The notes: a model not told the origin generated them from the sequence alone. 64,000 nt of DNA from Lobosporangium transversale (GCF_002105155.1 NW_019028996.1:248001-312000), one strand, 5' to 3'; positions 50,240 to 64,000 are shown, counted from the stretch's first letter. Numbers and translations are program-made.

Positions 50240-51519
50240 GTGGCTATACTTGGTAGGTCAGTACTGCATGTACATTCAAGTAGAGTAAGCTCATCGGAGT
50301 GTGACACATTACGGACGCCTTTTCCTCGCCCATTTGTGATCTAATGTGTCTCCTTTTTTTTATTATAAGAGAGTGAGAGCAATAACGAACCATCGGGGAC
50401 AACAATTATAAGTCTCTAACGGACACCATCTGCAGTCGCTGTCAATCTTCTTTTACAGGCTGTGTATATACTGATGCTCGATCAATATCTCTTTCTGGGG
50501 GTGTATTGCATGTTATGTCCAAACAATTGCAAAGAAATGTTGTACAGGACCATGCCCCAATTGTTAGAACAATTGTATGAAAATCAATAAGACATGAACA
50601 CAAACAGCATGTTGTTGCTATTTCCCGCCCAAATACTCCAGATTCTGACCATCCTTCTCCCTCATGCATGATAAATTCAATTTGTTATTTGTTGTTACAT
50701 ACTTTGCATATTGCACCATGAGCATGCATCATGGTGTCCTGATATTTAAGGCTGACTAGTTTAATTGAGCGACAAAACAGCCCTTTTGCAAAGATGATGC
50801 TGAGATTCTCTCTCTCTTTGTTTTTTTATGTGTGCTCTTCAGATTTTTTCTCCAGCTCTCGATGCTCTCGATAATTTTTTTTTATTTTCTCTCTCTTGAA
50901 ACTCTATGCTCACTTTCTCTTTGTCATTTTCTTCCTCTCTCACCTCTATCTCTTGCCTTGTCTCTTTTCTTCACCTACACCTCTCTATGACCCACTCACA
51001 TGTGTCCATACACACCTTGACGCCTGATTCTTGACTTTTGCATTAACTTACTCTCTCGTCTCCTTTCCTTCTTTTAACGCCTTGTTGCATTTTCAACACG
51101 CCATCCTTATCATTATTCCTCATCATCCCTAGATTCATTCATTCTGTCATTCATTCATATAATTTATAGTCGTACTCTGCCTATCCTCTAATCTATCCTC
51201 CCCACAAACCAGTTCCTTAACCTTCTGTCAACTAAGCTTAAAACTTTTCTGATATCGTGTACTCACTCATTCATCAGCATCATTGCATCATTCAATCATT
51301 GAACTACTAATACAATAATACATTTACGACATCAGGAGGCAAGGGAAAAAAAAAAAAAAAAAAAAAAAATAGACCCAATCTATCCATCTACGTTTAATAA
51401 GCTATCCATCACATCTTCAAACGCAGTTTATTCGAGCATATCCTTCTTTTCATCTGCTTTCGTCTGCCCCTTTCTTCAAACGACAAAGCTCTTCACCAAC
51501 ACCGAAAAATTTCTCAACA

Positions 51520-53019
51520 ATGGGCAGCAGCCAGTCCTCCTTGCAGGCGCGTCTGCACAAGAAGCCCAGGCCGACGCAGCAAGAACTCCAACGTGAATAT
51601 CAGCGTAAATTGAGTGAGCAGCAAATGGCAGACCATTTGTCTGCTCGCTTGGCCCTAGAGAGTAACACTTCGTTTGCGCGTGGCGCTCAGGAGTTTAGCC
51701 AAATCCCTGCTATGAATGGTTACACCCCTTCCGTCATTGCTTCAACCGCCAACAACGAGAGCTTTTATCAACAACGTGCCAACACCATTCACTCTACTAA
51801 CGGCGCTAAATCTGCACAGCAAAACTTCCGCTGGATTGATGGAAGGCGCCATCACAACAACGAGGATGCCGTCTATGTACTTCCAAATGATATTGATGAA
51901 ATGGATAGGTGAGATGCATGGCCCCAAACATTTTAGGTTAATGCTTCATACTCGAGCTAATAGTTTATTGTTTTAATTATCGTTGTAAGTTTACTAAGCC
52001 ATTGTGTTATATTTCTTTCTGTTCTTTCTCTTTGCATCTCTATGATACTCTCTCAGACTTCACCTTCAGCATTATGTTATTCGACACGCGTTTAATGGAA
52101 ACACGCGCGCCAAGTTTGATGGCAAGATTCACAAAGATGTTCTCGATGTTGGTTGTGGTCCAGGAACATGGATTTTAGGTAAGTACTTTCAACACACAAC
52201 ATTGGTTTCATTTCCAGTCCAAATGATTATCAGTCCTTTAAACCCAATCATTTAACACCATTTATCCATCTGTTCATAGAAATGTCAACGGAACATACCG
52301 AAACCAATTTCACAGGTATCGACATATCCGCTGTTTGGCCAACAGAAATCAGACCTCGCAATTGTCGCTTCCAGGTTGTTAATGCTATTCAAGGCCTGCC
52401 ATTCGAGGATAATACCTTTGATTTTGTTTATCAGAGATTTATGATCTTGGCCTATCCTGCCAAAGATTGGCCATTCATTGTTCAGGAATTGGTGCGCGTC
52501 ACCAAACCAGGTGGCATTATTGAGCTGACAGAGATGCCAGTTGCAACAAGCTCCAACGGTCCAGAGCTTACTAAAATACTGGATGTCCTTGAAAGAGGGT
52601 GCATTTCCAAAGGGCTAGATCCCAAAGTGGCAAGGAAGCTTGATATTTTGCTACAGGAGGCAGGCATCAAAGACGTCAAAACTAGCCATACCTCTATCGA
52701 AATTGGTGCCTGGGGTAAAAAAGTTGGCCAACTAATGCGTGAAAACATGGCTGGACTTTGGTCAAGCCTGAAGGGCTGGCTCAAGGAGCTGACAGGAATG
52801 ACAGATGCCCAGTATGACAGCATGATCAAAAGAATTTTTGTAGAGTATGAGGACTACCAATGTTATGTCAATTGCTATTGCGCATGGGGTGTAAAACCTC
52901 ACCCAACGGAACATCTCTCTACGTCACCAGTAGCATCAACGACTCTATCGTCTCAAACAGATCCATCCATCATTGGTGGAATACAAGGCATTTCAGCACG
53001 ACAACCAGTAGTAATGTAA
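51520..53019 (+). CDS. Class I SAM-dependent methyltransferase (LaeA/TAM-like), 3 exons (approx. 51520-51908, 52058-52178, 52280-53019)
   Basis: GRRHH...YVLPNDIDEMDR|LHLQH, motif I VLDVGCGPGTW, GIDIS, GLPFEDNTFDFVYQR, ELVRVTKPGGIIELTE. Confidence 0.9.
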
Positions 53020-53862
53020 TTGGTAATGCAATGCCAACACATTGCCAGGCCTGGAAGCTCGATTGTGATAGGATGTGATACATTGGCTCGACATTGGTGT
53101 AATGACACCATGGCCGAGGGTTGACGTCCATGAAATCTCACGACTGTCATTTTTAATGTATAATTTATTTAATGTATACAGCACTTTGTACTGCCCATCT
53201 TCCTTATTTTAACACGCCACCATCGAACACCCTTTAGAGTATCATTAAATTAATTAAAAAACAGAACGCAGACTGCAAAACATGTGGCCACATCATAAAA
53301 AAGATCGATGTGACCAATTTTTCCTCTTGACTTGACATAATATGAGACCCAAGCCGATATGAATCAGTCGGATGTCCCTTACTGTCTCCTTTTCTTACTG
53401 TTTCTGACCGAGTGTTACTCTTTTTTGACGCAGTGGCAGTGTGGTTCAGAGCAAGGTGGAATAACTTGAGCACCTCAAAATGTGTTTGTTTGTAATAAAA
53501 CCAAAACACATATCATCCATCCGTCAGTTTGGTGATGTGCTCGTACACAGTGCATGTCATTTGGCAGAGCTGAGTGTGTAATTGAGGAAAAACCTGTCTT
53601 CCTCTCTTTCTCTTTGTCTCCTTTATTGTATCTTTCTTCCTCTCCCTATATTCCTATATTCTTCCCTGCATCGGACGCCCTATCTCAATCGTTTGATTAC
53701 GCCCCCTCAATCCTACTTTCAAGTCCAAAAGAACTCGCATCCATCCTCAATCTCACCTGACTCCAACGCGCGTGGCAGATTAACCTTATTATTTGTCTAA
53801 TTACTGGGTCAAATCCTCCTCTCCATCTGTGTTGGACGCAATAGTTGCAGCTCGTCCTTCGA

Positions 53863-55766
<1,904 letters not shown>

Positions 55767-56398
55767 TGATTCTGATTTGATCAAACCACTCTTTTTTGAA
55801 ACATTTTTTAAGTCGATAATCTTATATAGAATATTTGTAATATGCTTACTGCATTATATAACATGAGACAAAATAGTCAAAAAAAAAAAAAAAAACAGTT
55901 TGATCCCAATTTTCCACATATTGTCAGACTCCGCGCCTTCCATTTTGGCACAGAAGGGACGACAGAGTGAAATGGCTTCTAGTCTACTGGGACCAATGTT
56001 CTACGATGTCTTGTGTATTCATTATATGCCATCAGAAATATCGTCTACAAATGGACGTGCGCACAAATTTGGAACACAAAGCAATTTCCTGACATGTCTA
56101 CCCCACACGTCCCGATCATTTGTGGCTTAAATTTATAATAAATTAATAAGTTCAGGGGCACATTTATTTTTGAACAATTGATCCGAACCGGCCAAACGCT
56201 GTGCTGTTGTTCTCTTCTTTCCTTTCCTTTACACATTTTCACCTTGTCTAACACGATTGTTATTGTTATCATCACATTTCCGACAGCGCCAACACAGTTC
56301 TCATTTCGCCTTTTCTTTTTATTTGTTTTGTCATATTTTAAATTTCTTTTTTTTTGTCGTATTCCTTTCTTCTTCCTTTTTTTTTCTTCGGTTGTATC

Positions 56399-57211
56399 AT
56401 GGTAGAATCACAAGCTTGCAAGGACCTTGCGGCCGCACGCGCAAAGACTTCCTTCCCTATCATCGAGCTCACTCGTTATATCTATGGATCGGATGAGGAA
56501 ATTGCTCGGCGCCGAAAAATTGCTAATATAGTGCTTAATGATCCCGTCTTTAGCTTTGATCGCAGGCATGTCTTTCTATTTCTTACTCTCTTCTTCTTTT
56601 ACTATTGTTATTATTATTTTATTCAAATTACCTAATGATTGACTAATATATCTACTACTGTTATTACTATTGCTACCACTATTATGATCATAATTATGAC
56701 CATTATTATTGTTCTTGAACTTGCAGAGTTGGCCTGAGCCGAGTCGAGGATGTGAAGACGGGTCTAGCCATGAGTCTTCGTCTGTATCAATTGAGAGAAG
56801 AGCACAAGTTTACTCACGAGGAATTCCGAATGTGTAAATACAAACCTATGCTTACTTGTTATTAGGGCTATTAGCTTGGCCTTCATTTCCTCAGATCACA
56901 GTTCTCACATGCAGTTACTTTATCTCCTCCCTTCATAAAAAAAAAAAAAAAAAAAAAGGCCTCGATTTCATAGATGACTACCTTCCGGTAAGGAAAAAAA
57001 ATTAGTAATTTTTTTAGTTTGTTAGTTCGTTTTGTTTAAATAGGTTGCTCATTAAATTATGAGACCACAACAGGTAGGTCTTCATGAAACAGCCTTCATT
57101 CCCGCTATCTACGCTCAAGGAACGGACGAGCAAGCAAAATATTGGGGACCTCTGGCAGAGAAGCATCAGATCATCGGCTGCTATGCACAGACTGAACTAG
57201 GCCATGGCAGT

Positions 57212-57242
<31 letters not shown>

Positions 57243-59238
57243 GGAAAGAAAAATGACGGCTTGATATTTCTTTTTCTTACTGCTACTTCATTTCATGACA
57301 TTTGTCGTCAGGTAATCTCTCTGGGCTCGAGACAACAGCCACTTTCAACAAAGATACGGACGAATGGATTATTCATAGTACTACGTTTACTGCATCCAAG
57401 TGGTGGATTGGTGGTCTAGGCGTCATTGCAACCCATGCATTTATCCAGGCGCGTCTCATCATTGACGGCAAGGATTATGGACCTCATGGATTTATTGTTC
57501 CTATTCGCTCGCTCAAAGATCATCGTCCCTTCCCCGGTGTGAAAGCTGGGGACATTGGTCCCAAAGCATATGGCGGCTTTTCAAAAATCGATAACGGCTG
57601 TAAGAAGAAAAAAAAAAAAAAGTGTCAATGCCAGCAAATTGTAGATCTATGGATTACTGAGATTCAAGCAAAAGATGTTCTGACGATTGATATCTTTTTA
57701 TATCCGACGATATGATGTAGATGTCCTCTTTGATCATCATCCTATTCCAAGAGAGAATATGCTCATGCGATTTGCCAAGGTCAGCAGAGATGGTCAGTAT
57801 ACCAGGCCTCCTCACAGCAAGGTAAGCCATGCTTGTTTCTTTATAAAATTACAAAAATACATCAAAGTATATAGATTAACGCCCATGACATCGACCACTT
57901 GCCCAAACATCAACTGTTTCCCAATAGCTCTCTTATGGATCAATGATTTTACTCCGGTCTGGAATGGTCCGCGAGGCATCCATGGTGCTAGGACGTGCGA
58001 CAACTATCGCGACCCGCTACTCTACAGTCCGCCGTCAGTTCCATGTACCAACCAGTCGAAAGGATATCGACAATCCTAAGCTGGAAACTCAGGTGATCAA
58101 TTACCCCATGGTACAGGCTCGCTTATTCCCCATGATTGCTCAAGCCTACGCTATCCTGGCTGCTGGAAAGAAAATGCAAGTCATGTACAAAAGCATGCTT
58201 TCAGAGCTTATGGTTGGCGATATCTCATCTCTCGCCGAAGTGCATTCTATTAGTTCAGGATTAAAGAGTACCTGTTCTACAATAGCGGCTACTGGAATAG
58301 AAGACTGCAGAAAATTGATGGGTGGACATGGGTTCTCGTATTTCAGTGGAATCCCGCATATTTGGTCTTCTTATGTGCCCTCCAATACTTATGAGGTATT
58401 TGATCCATTTTCTGTTGATTTGATCTGCCGTCTTTTAAATCAAGCAGGGCAGTAAGACTGACTTTTTTTTTTTCTTTTTTTCTTTTTTTTTTTTCTTCTG
58501 GATTAGGGAGATAATTTTCTGTTGACGCAGCAGTCTGCAAGGTACTTAATGAAGCAACTCAAGACCGCGACTACAGAGCCTGAAAAGCTGACCTCTTTCT
58601 CAAAGTACTTGCTCAGGGCGCTCGATCAAGACGCACTCCAAAGTGAGCGATGCTCAGTCCAGGATGCCTCGGACTGGCTCAAGCCTGAGGTCCAATTGGC
58701 TGCTTTTGAGCACCGTGCCGGACGGCTGGTATCAACCCTTGCTTTGGCTGCTTCGCAGGAAAATGTCATCTGGAGTGACCTCAACATTGAATGCTGGCGG
58801 TTAAACCATGCCCAATCGGAGTATGTGATAGCAAGCTGTGCAATAGAGAGTTTGTCTCTGGCCAAGGATGAGGATATGTCTTCTGGAACAATGCATGTGT
58901 TGAAACGTCTCTCTGATCTCTTTGCACTGCATACAATCCATACGTCCTTGAGTGATTATCTGGAAGATTATTATATTTCACCAAATCAATGCCAATTACT
59001 TCGTCAGCAGATCAAGAGCCTATTAACTGCATTAGCAGATGACGTAGTTGGCTTGGTGGATGCGTTTGATTTCCCAGATCAGCTTCTGAACAGCGCCTTG
59101 GGAAGTTATGATGGAGATGCTTACCAACGCCTTTGGGATACTGCTCAGAAGCAGAAGATTAATCAGACAGAGGTCGTTGACGGATACAAAGAATACATTG
59201 TTCCAATTTTGACCCAGTACGGAGTAGCTAAGCTTTAG
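56399..59238 (+). CDS. POX1: Peroxisomal acyl-CoA oxidase, about 8 exons, PTS1 -AKL
   Basis: IIGCYAQTELGHGS|N, ASKWWIGGLG, GDIGPK, IPRENMLMRF, TIATRYSTVRRQF, CRKLMGGHG, TYE|GDN (catalytic Glu), LNSALGSYDG; ends in AKL. Confidence 0.96.
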
Positions 59239-59638
59239 AAAAAAAAAAAAAAAAAAAAAAAACTATGAACTGAAACTACAAAGACAGAAGTAAGGTGAAT
59301 TGGGTTTTTGTTATTCTCTTCCAATACAAAATTAAATAAATAATATCTGTAAACATGTAGATAGACTATGCAGAATACAGAACATTTAAAACATACATGA
59401 TCCAGACATACGCCGTCTTGCCATTTGGGTTGGCTAATCTTCATTTAACGGGTTTTTTTTTTGATAACGAGGACTCACGAGGTCATGTAGGACCTATTAA
59501 GATACTAGCTCTATAAATGGGTTGCTCCGGCCTGACTGTGGTGCTTTCTAGGTGTCTCCTAGCTAGTTTTTGAAGGAAACCTCTTTATTTGCAAATGGGA
59601 GACGCAAATTTAATTGATCACGTGACTGCCATGAATTT

Positions 59639-60321
59639 ATTTATTCCGGATTTTTTTTTTTTTTCCTGTTAACAAGAACCCACAGAGGTGAGGAATTTTA
59701 TTTCATAATCTCGCTCTAAAGTAATGATATCGCCCTCAACTATGAAACAAGCGAAACTCTCAAAGTTCGCACGGGATGGCTGTGAAGAGCCAATTCGTAT
59801 CCATGTTTTTCTCTACCAATGTACACCGTGATCGGTACTCGAAGTCCATCCTTCCGATGTGGCCTGTTGCGCCCGTGAAAAGCCGCGGAGGCTGGCGTGC
59901 CGACTCTAGCTAAGGACGACTTTTAATTTTTTCTATTCGATCAAATCCACTGGCATGTGGACCCAAATCTTGCGGAATTGGTCTGAAATTTCTACTTTGG
60001 ACTCCGTCAAACTTTGTGATCATCGCTGTCCTAGTCAAGTGGGTGGATGGGGGATGTGCTGCCAGATGTACCGCTGGTTCGGCTGGGGGGTGGAATATAT
60101 ACCTAAGACATGTGGCCAGCCAGGCGACTTAGGGTAGTGTACCCACGATCTTAGCCTTAGCGGAGAACACTAGGCTGTCTCGGAGAGAAAGTATAAAAAC
60201 TCAAGCAAATCCCTGACCTGGCACATGTTTTGCTTCACTTTATGTGCCTTAACCAGGACTCGAACCCGGCCCCTGGGCTAGACAGGAGGGTGCCCTGACG
60301 ATATTTACATTTATTCCGGAT
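59639..60321 (-). mobile_element. Candidate tRNA-derived SINE/retroposon of about 660 bp with poly(A) tail and 13-bp target-site duplication
   Basis: ATTTATTCCGGAT occurs at 59639-59651 and 60309-60321. The minus-strand head has a T-arm/B-box CCGGG-TTCGAGT-CCTGG (about 60253-60269). A T-run at 59652-59664 forms a minus-strand poly(A) abutting the left copy. Confidence 0.45.
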
Positions 60322-60450
60322 GACCCTTGTCGTAAATCTGCTATTTACGTATCCTCTTCTTCATTATTTCCATCATCATTCAGTACTTTTATCATTATTT
60401 CCTTTATCAATCCTAGTATTTAAATCACTTTGGCTTCTTTGCAAAACAGC

Positions 60451-60584
60451 ATCCCTCTTTTCACTTTTGATGCTATTTTGCAGGTGAGCGGCTTTTATTA
60501 TTATTTGTAGTTTTACTAAGTCAAGCTCGTTCTTATCAGTATTTATTAAAGATCCCTCTTTTCACTTTTGATGCTATTTTGCAG
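60451..60584. repeat. 33-bp exact direct repeat (60451-60483 and 60552-60584)
   Basis: ATCCCTCTTTTCACTTTTGATGCTATTTTGCAG appears twice. Confidence 0.9.
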
Positions 60585-60773
60585 CATTCTCCAGGACTAT
60601 CATTGTTGATTTATGATCCTTTAGTGATCTATTTGTCAGATTATCCTCCTTTGGCACTTTGTCCATTTATGAATTTATCTTTTGGCACTTCGTCCAATTT
60701 TTTATTATCATTTTGTTCATTTTCTGTCAATCTTTGGGATCATTGACGAATCTTTCCACGTCACCCTCAAGCT

Positions 60774-60854
60774 GTCAACATGGCCGAGCGGTTAAGGCGT
60801 GAGACTCGAAATCTCATGGGATCTCCCGCGCAGGTTCAAATCCTGCTGTTGACG
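60774..60854 (+). tRNA. tRNA-Ser (anticodon CGA), intronless, with long variable arm
   Basis: Acceptor stem GTCAACA/TGTTGAC, D-arm GCCGAGCGGTTAAGGC, anticodon arm TGAGA-CTCGAAA-TCTCA, variable arm GGGATCTCCC, T-arm GCAGG-TTCAAAT-CCTGC, discriminator G; T-run shortly downstream. Confidence 0.95.
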
Positions 60855-60879
60855 CATATACTTTTGCTTGAAGCCTTGA

Positions 60880-61570
60880 TGTACTATGCTCTTGACGGTG
60901 GTTACAGTGGATTCGTTAGACAAATTGTCGAGCCATCAGATCCACTGTCCTACGAGAACTTCTCTTATCCTGTGCACAAGACCAGAGGGATGGCCATGGC
61001 AGACCAAGAGCTACATTACAATAAAGTGTTTGGTGGATTTCGGTCAAGCATCGAAGGGTGCTTTGGAGACATGCAATCCACCTTCTCCAAGTTCACACAC
61101 GACGCTCCCATCCGTTTCTCAGACGCAAAGACGTTTGATCTCCAATTCAAGCTTTGTTATCTGCTTATGAACATCAAGGAAGTCGTGTAGATCCATAATA
61201 TTGCTACTCAGACCCACCACACATTCTGGATGCAAGATGTGTTTGACTTTCCAGACAGCAATGAGTATCAGGTTGCTTATGAGAAGCTCCCAGCATCAAA
61301 GTCAAACTAAATCATGGTCGGAGTCTTCTGGAGCTACAAGAGGCATTTTAATCCGTTGCTATTTCACAGCACAACATATTAGACACTGTCGATGAGACTA
61401 CGGCAGAGATAGCGCAAGAAGGATACAAGATTGCCAAGACTTTAGACTGTCGTGGAGAGGATGATGACATAGAGCTTCTAGCTCAATGGAAGGGTTTCGA
61501 TGTCACCGAAGCAACATGGGCGACTCCAGCATCCCAACTACAAACAGTGCATCCAAGACTATTGGAGAAC
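60880..61570 (+). pseudogene. Decayed PIF/Harbinger-type (DDE_Tnp_4-like) transposase 3' fragment followed by a chromodomain remnant
   Basis: ALDGGY...YP..K...YNKVFGGFRSSIEGCFG.MQSTF...LLMNI, then in-frame stops and frameshifts, then YKIAKTLDCR...IELLAQWKGFDVTEATW. Confidence 0.7.
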
Positions 61571-62059
61571 CAAAATCAGCTTCTAGAGACGCGCACGCAC
61601 CATGGGCGACTTTCCAAATTCTTTTTATAAGAAGAAATCCAACGTCGCCCTCATAGAAAGTCATAAAAACAACTTCTGTCTCACTCAATCCACGCCAGGC
61701 AACAACCCTCAATAGATTTCGTGTTTGGATTTCTTTGTATAAGCTTCAAATTGGAGCTTCTACATAGTGATTTTGTTTTCCCTCTATTACTCAAAACTGT
61801 CAAATGCCCACCAGCCTCGGTTTCCTGAGGCCAGTTTTATTCTAACCTCTTTAAAGAGCATTTATCTGACATGTATTTAGTGCCCAAAAAAACTGGGACA
61901 CCGGTGTTCAGATTTTGTGACCAACGAAGTGATAGCTTACACTATTGCTTCAATGATCTTGCTTTATTTTGCTAGACACGAAGTACTGAAGTAAGCCCTC
62001 ATTCTGAGAAATGTAAGAAGTCATGGTAATCAGAGGAAAATTGTAATGGGATAGGGCAC

Positions 62060-64000
62060 TTAGACTTCATGCCCACCGACATCAGCTTCAGTATCAACAC
62101 ACTCACTAAAACTAAATTCGTCAACACTTTCTCCATCAATAATTAGTGGGTGGTGCTCTGGTGAAATATATGGTGACGAGATTGGTGATGATGCCAGCGT
62201 GGTTCTAGCATCTAGATGGGGGTGACTACTACAGTACACCCAGCTCATATCAGAATTCTCATTTTCAAGACAGCTGCTATTGACAAGGCTTTGGTATGAA
62301 TTGATTGTTTCAATCATGCATTTCTATAATGTTGTAAAAGCCAAAAGAAACAATTATATATAGTAATGTAGTAGTTGTGATCAAATTGCTATAAATTTAT
62401 AATGTACATCAATGATATACTTACCCTCAGCTGAAGAAGGTGGACAACACCTTGAATATTAGGCCTCATGTTGGTTAGTGAGGTTGGAAGGTCATAGACT
62501 GGATATTCCTTGAAAAGTGACACATATGAATGCGCACCTGAAGGTCTCAGCTCGAATGATTTAAATCCTCGGTCTATAGAATGGTTTTCACATATCAAAA
62601 CCTGGTGATAATAAAAATAATCATGCACCCTAAGCTCACTGACCTCCAGTATATATTCCAAAAAAGCGAGCATGTTCCTCAAAGTCTCGATTCCTGGTAT
62701 CCTGTAGCCTGTGTTTCATAATAGTATACGTTTCACGGAACAGGTCCCATCCTGATTCTTTAAGGAATTTACTAGAGTGAATATCCCAAGTCTTCATCCT
62801 CTCCACTATCATCCAGTCTCTCTTGTCCAAAACATCTCGGATTACCAGATCCATCTTTCGGCCAGTAGGCTTTCTTGATGCTGAGGTGTCTAAATGCAAA
62901 TGTCTTCCTTGATTTTTGCGTATTGCAGACTCCAGTCCAGATTTCTCGCCATCAATTACGAATAAGTTGTCTTGGTCGTCCAATAACTCCATAAGTAGGG
63001 GCCATGCTTTCCGGCCCCAGAAGGCTTCTGACAGATCTTGTATGAGAAATGGGGAGGGGGCTTTGTTATATAACCGACACCTTTGATGGTGAAGTACTTT
63101 AGTTATCAGTGACATTTACTACTGCCATCACCACCGATTTGTAAAAATTAACGTAATTTACCATGTACGAAAGGTATCCAGGATTAACTCGCATGAACCG
63201 CGGTCCTCAGTTGGCATGGGAATTTGGATCACAGGTTGTTTAGCGATCGCTGCTTGACTTAATCTCAGCAGATATTCGAGTGTACTGGGAGGTAGCTCAG
63301 GCAAGTTAAATCGATTTCGACTTGAAATTTCGGTCCATTCCTGCCTTGTAAATAAGTCCTTGGTGACTGGACAATCGAAGTCAATTGTATAGCTACTAAT
63401 CCTAGATGAGAAAGTTGTTAATACCTGATACTATCAATCAATTCAGTAGCTTAAAGAAATAGCAGGTTATATCCATACTTTACGGTTGTGTTTATTGTCA
63501 TACTAGCCTCAAATAAGACTCTTTCAACACATCTTCCAGAAGTAAGCTTCCAAAATCTTGTTTGATCTAAACGTTCGAGACGCTAACAATAATACCATGA
63601 CAAAATAATTAACACGATTGTTAATGTAGTTCTCAACTCTTATACGAGCAATTCTCACAAATAAAATTAACGAATATATACCTCCATTCTTCTTTTTTTC
63701 GCGCTATCAGTGACTGTGGGCTGGGTCGATTCCCCCCTTTTTTTATTCTTAGAATGGGTTTTTGTGCCTGCCTTTTCGGATTGTGTGTGTTCTATTCAAT
63801 TACAACCACATGACATTAGATACCGCTTTGATTCAATAAGAATCAATGCATAAAATGGGTCCGATTGTGAACTTGGATCCTTTTACCTTTCCTTTTTTGT
63901 GCAAGTATGGGTACACTTTGGGCTTTGGATGACTGGGGCGATTGACGTTGATTTTCTCGGAGAGGGGACTGGTGAACAAGAATCGCTGGTGTTGTCTGTC
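62060..64000 (-). CDS. Multi-exon hypothetical protein, 5' partial; C-terminal region resembles the PD-(D/E)xK/REase-like domains of lineage-expanded (CRN-like) families
   Basis: In-frame splices ..DTFRTW|CRLYNK.., ..GIYTG|DRGF.., ..LLQLR|KCMIE... Motifs LSEAFW, GEKSG, TGRKMDLVI, WMIVERMK. Confidence 0.6.

Noticed and set aside
60245..60320. Functional tRNA-Asp on the minus strand
   Set aside because: Only the T-arm pairs; acceptor, D and anticodon stems do not. Treated as a SINE head or pseudogene.
60451..60584. CRISPR-like repeat-spacer-repeat
   Set aside because: Only two copies, a 68-bp spacer, eukaryotic context and no cas genes.
60780..60880. N-terminal part of the 136-aa ORF (MAERLRRETRNL...)
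   Set aside because: It is the tRNA-Ser gene read in frame; only the downstream part is transposase-like.

Overview
Eukaryotic, intron-rich fungal genomic DNA with many long poly(A)/poly(T) tracts in introns and UTRs. The gene families (intronless F-box/LRR proteins, a Kelch-like membrane protein, FAM72, SppA, a LaeA-like methyltransferase) suggest an early-diverging fungus, probably Mortierellaceae (inference). About 21 protein-coding genes are present: SppA-type S49 peptidase (5' partial), M36 fungalysin, F-box/WD40, a dsRBD-containing DEAH helicase, two F-box/LRR paralogs, a single-pass receptor-like pseudokinase, NTH1, UBLCP1, OXLD1-like, SEC66, a Gfo/Idh/MocA oxidoreductase, PER1, AVT3/4, UBE2S, ATG7, a TET/JBP-like 2OG-Fe(II) fold protein, a SAM methyltransferase, FAM72-like, acyl-CoA oxidase, and a partial PD-(D/E)xK-like protein. 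There is also a tRNA-Ser(CGA). The most unusual items are the receptor-like pseudokinase, the TET/JBP-like protein with substituted catalytic residues, a 332-bp near-perfect inverted repeat element bounded by TA, a candidate tRNA-derived SINE with a 13-bp TSD and poly(A) tail, and a decayed Harbinger-type transposase with a chromodomain. Exon boundaries were deduced by eye from GT/AG sites and frame continuity; no database searches were run.
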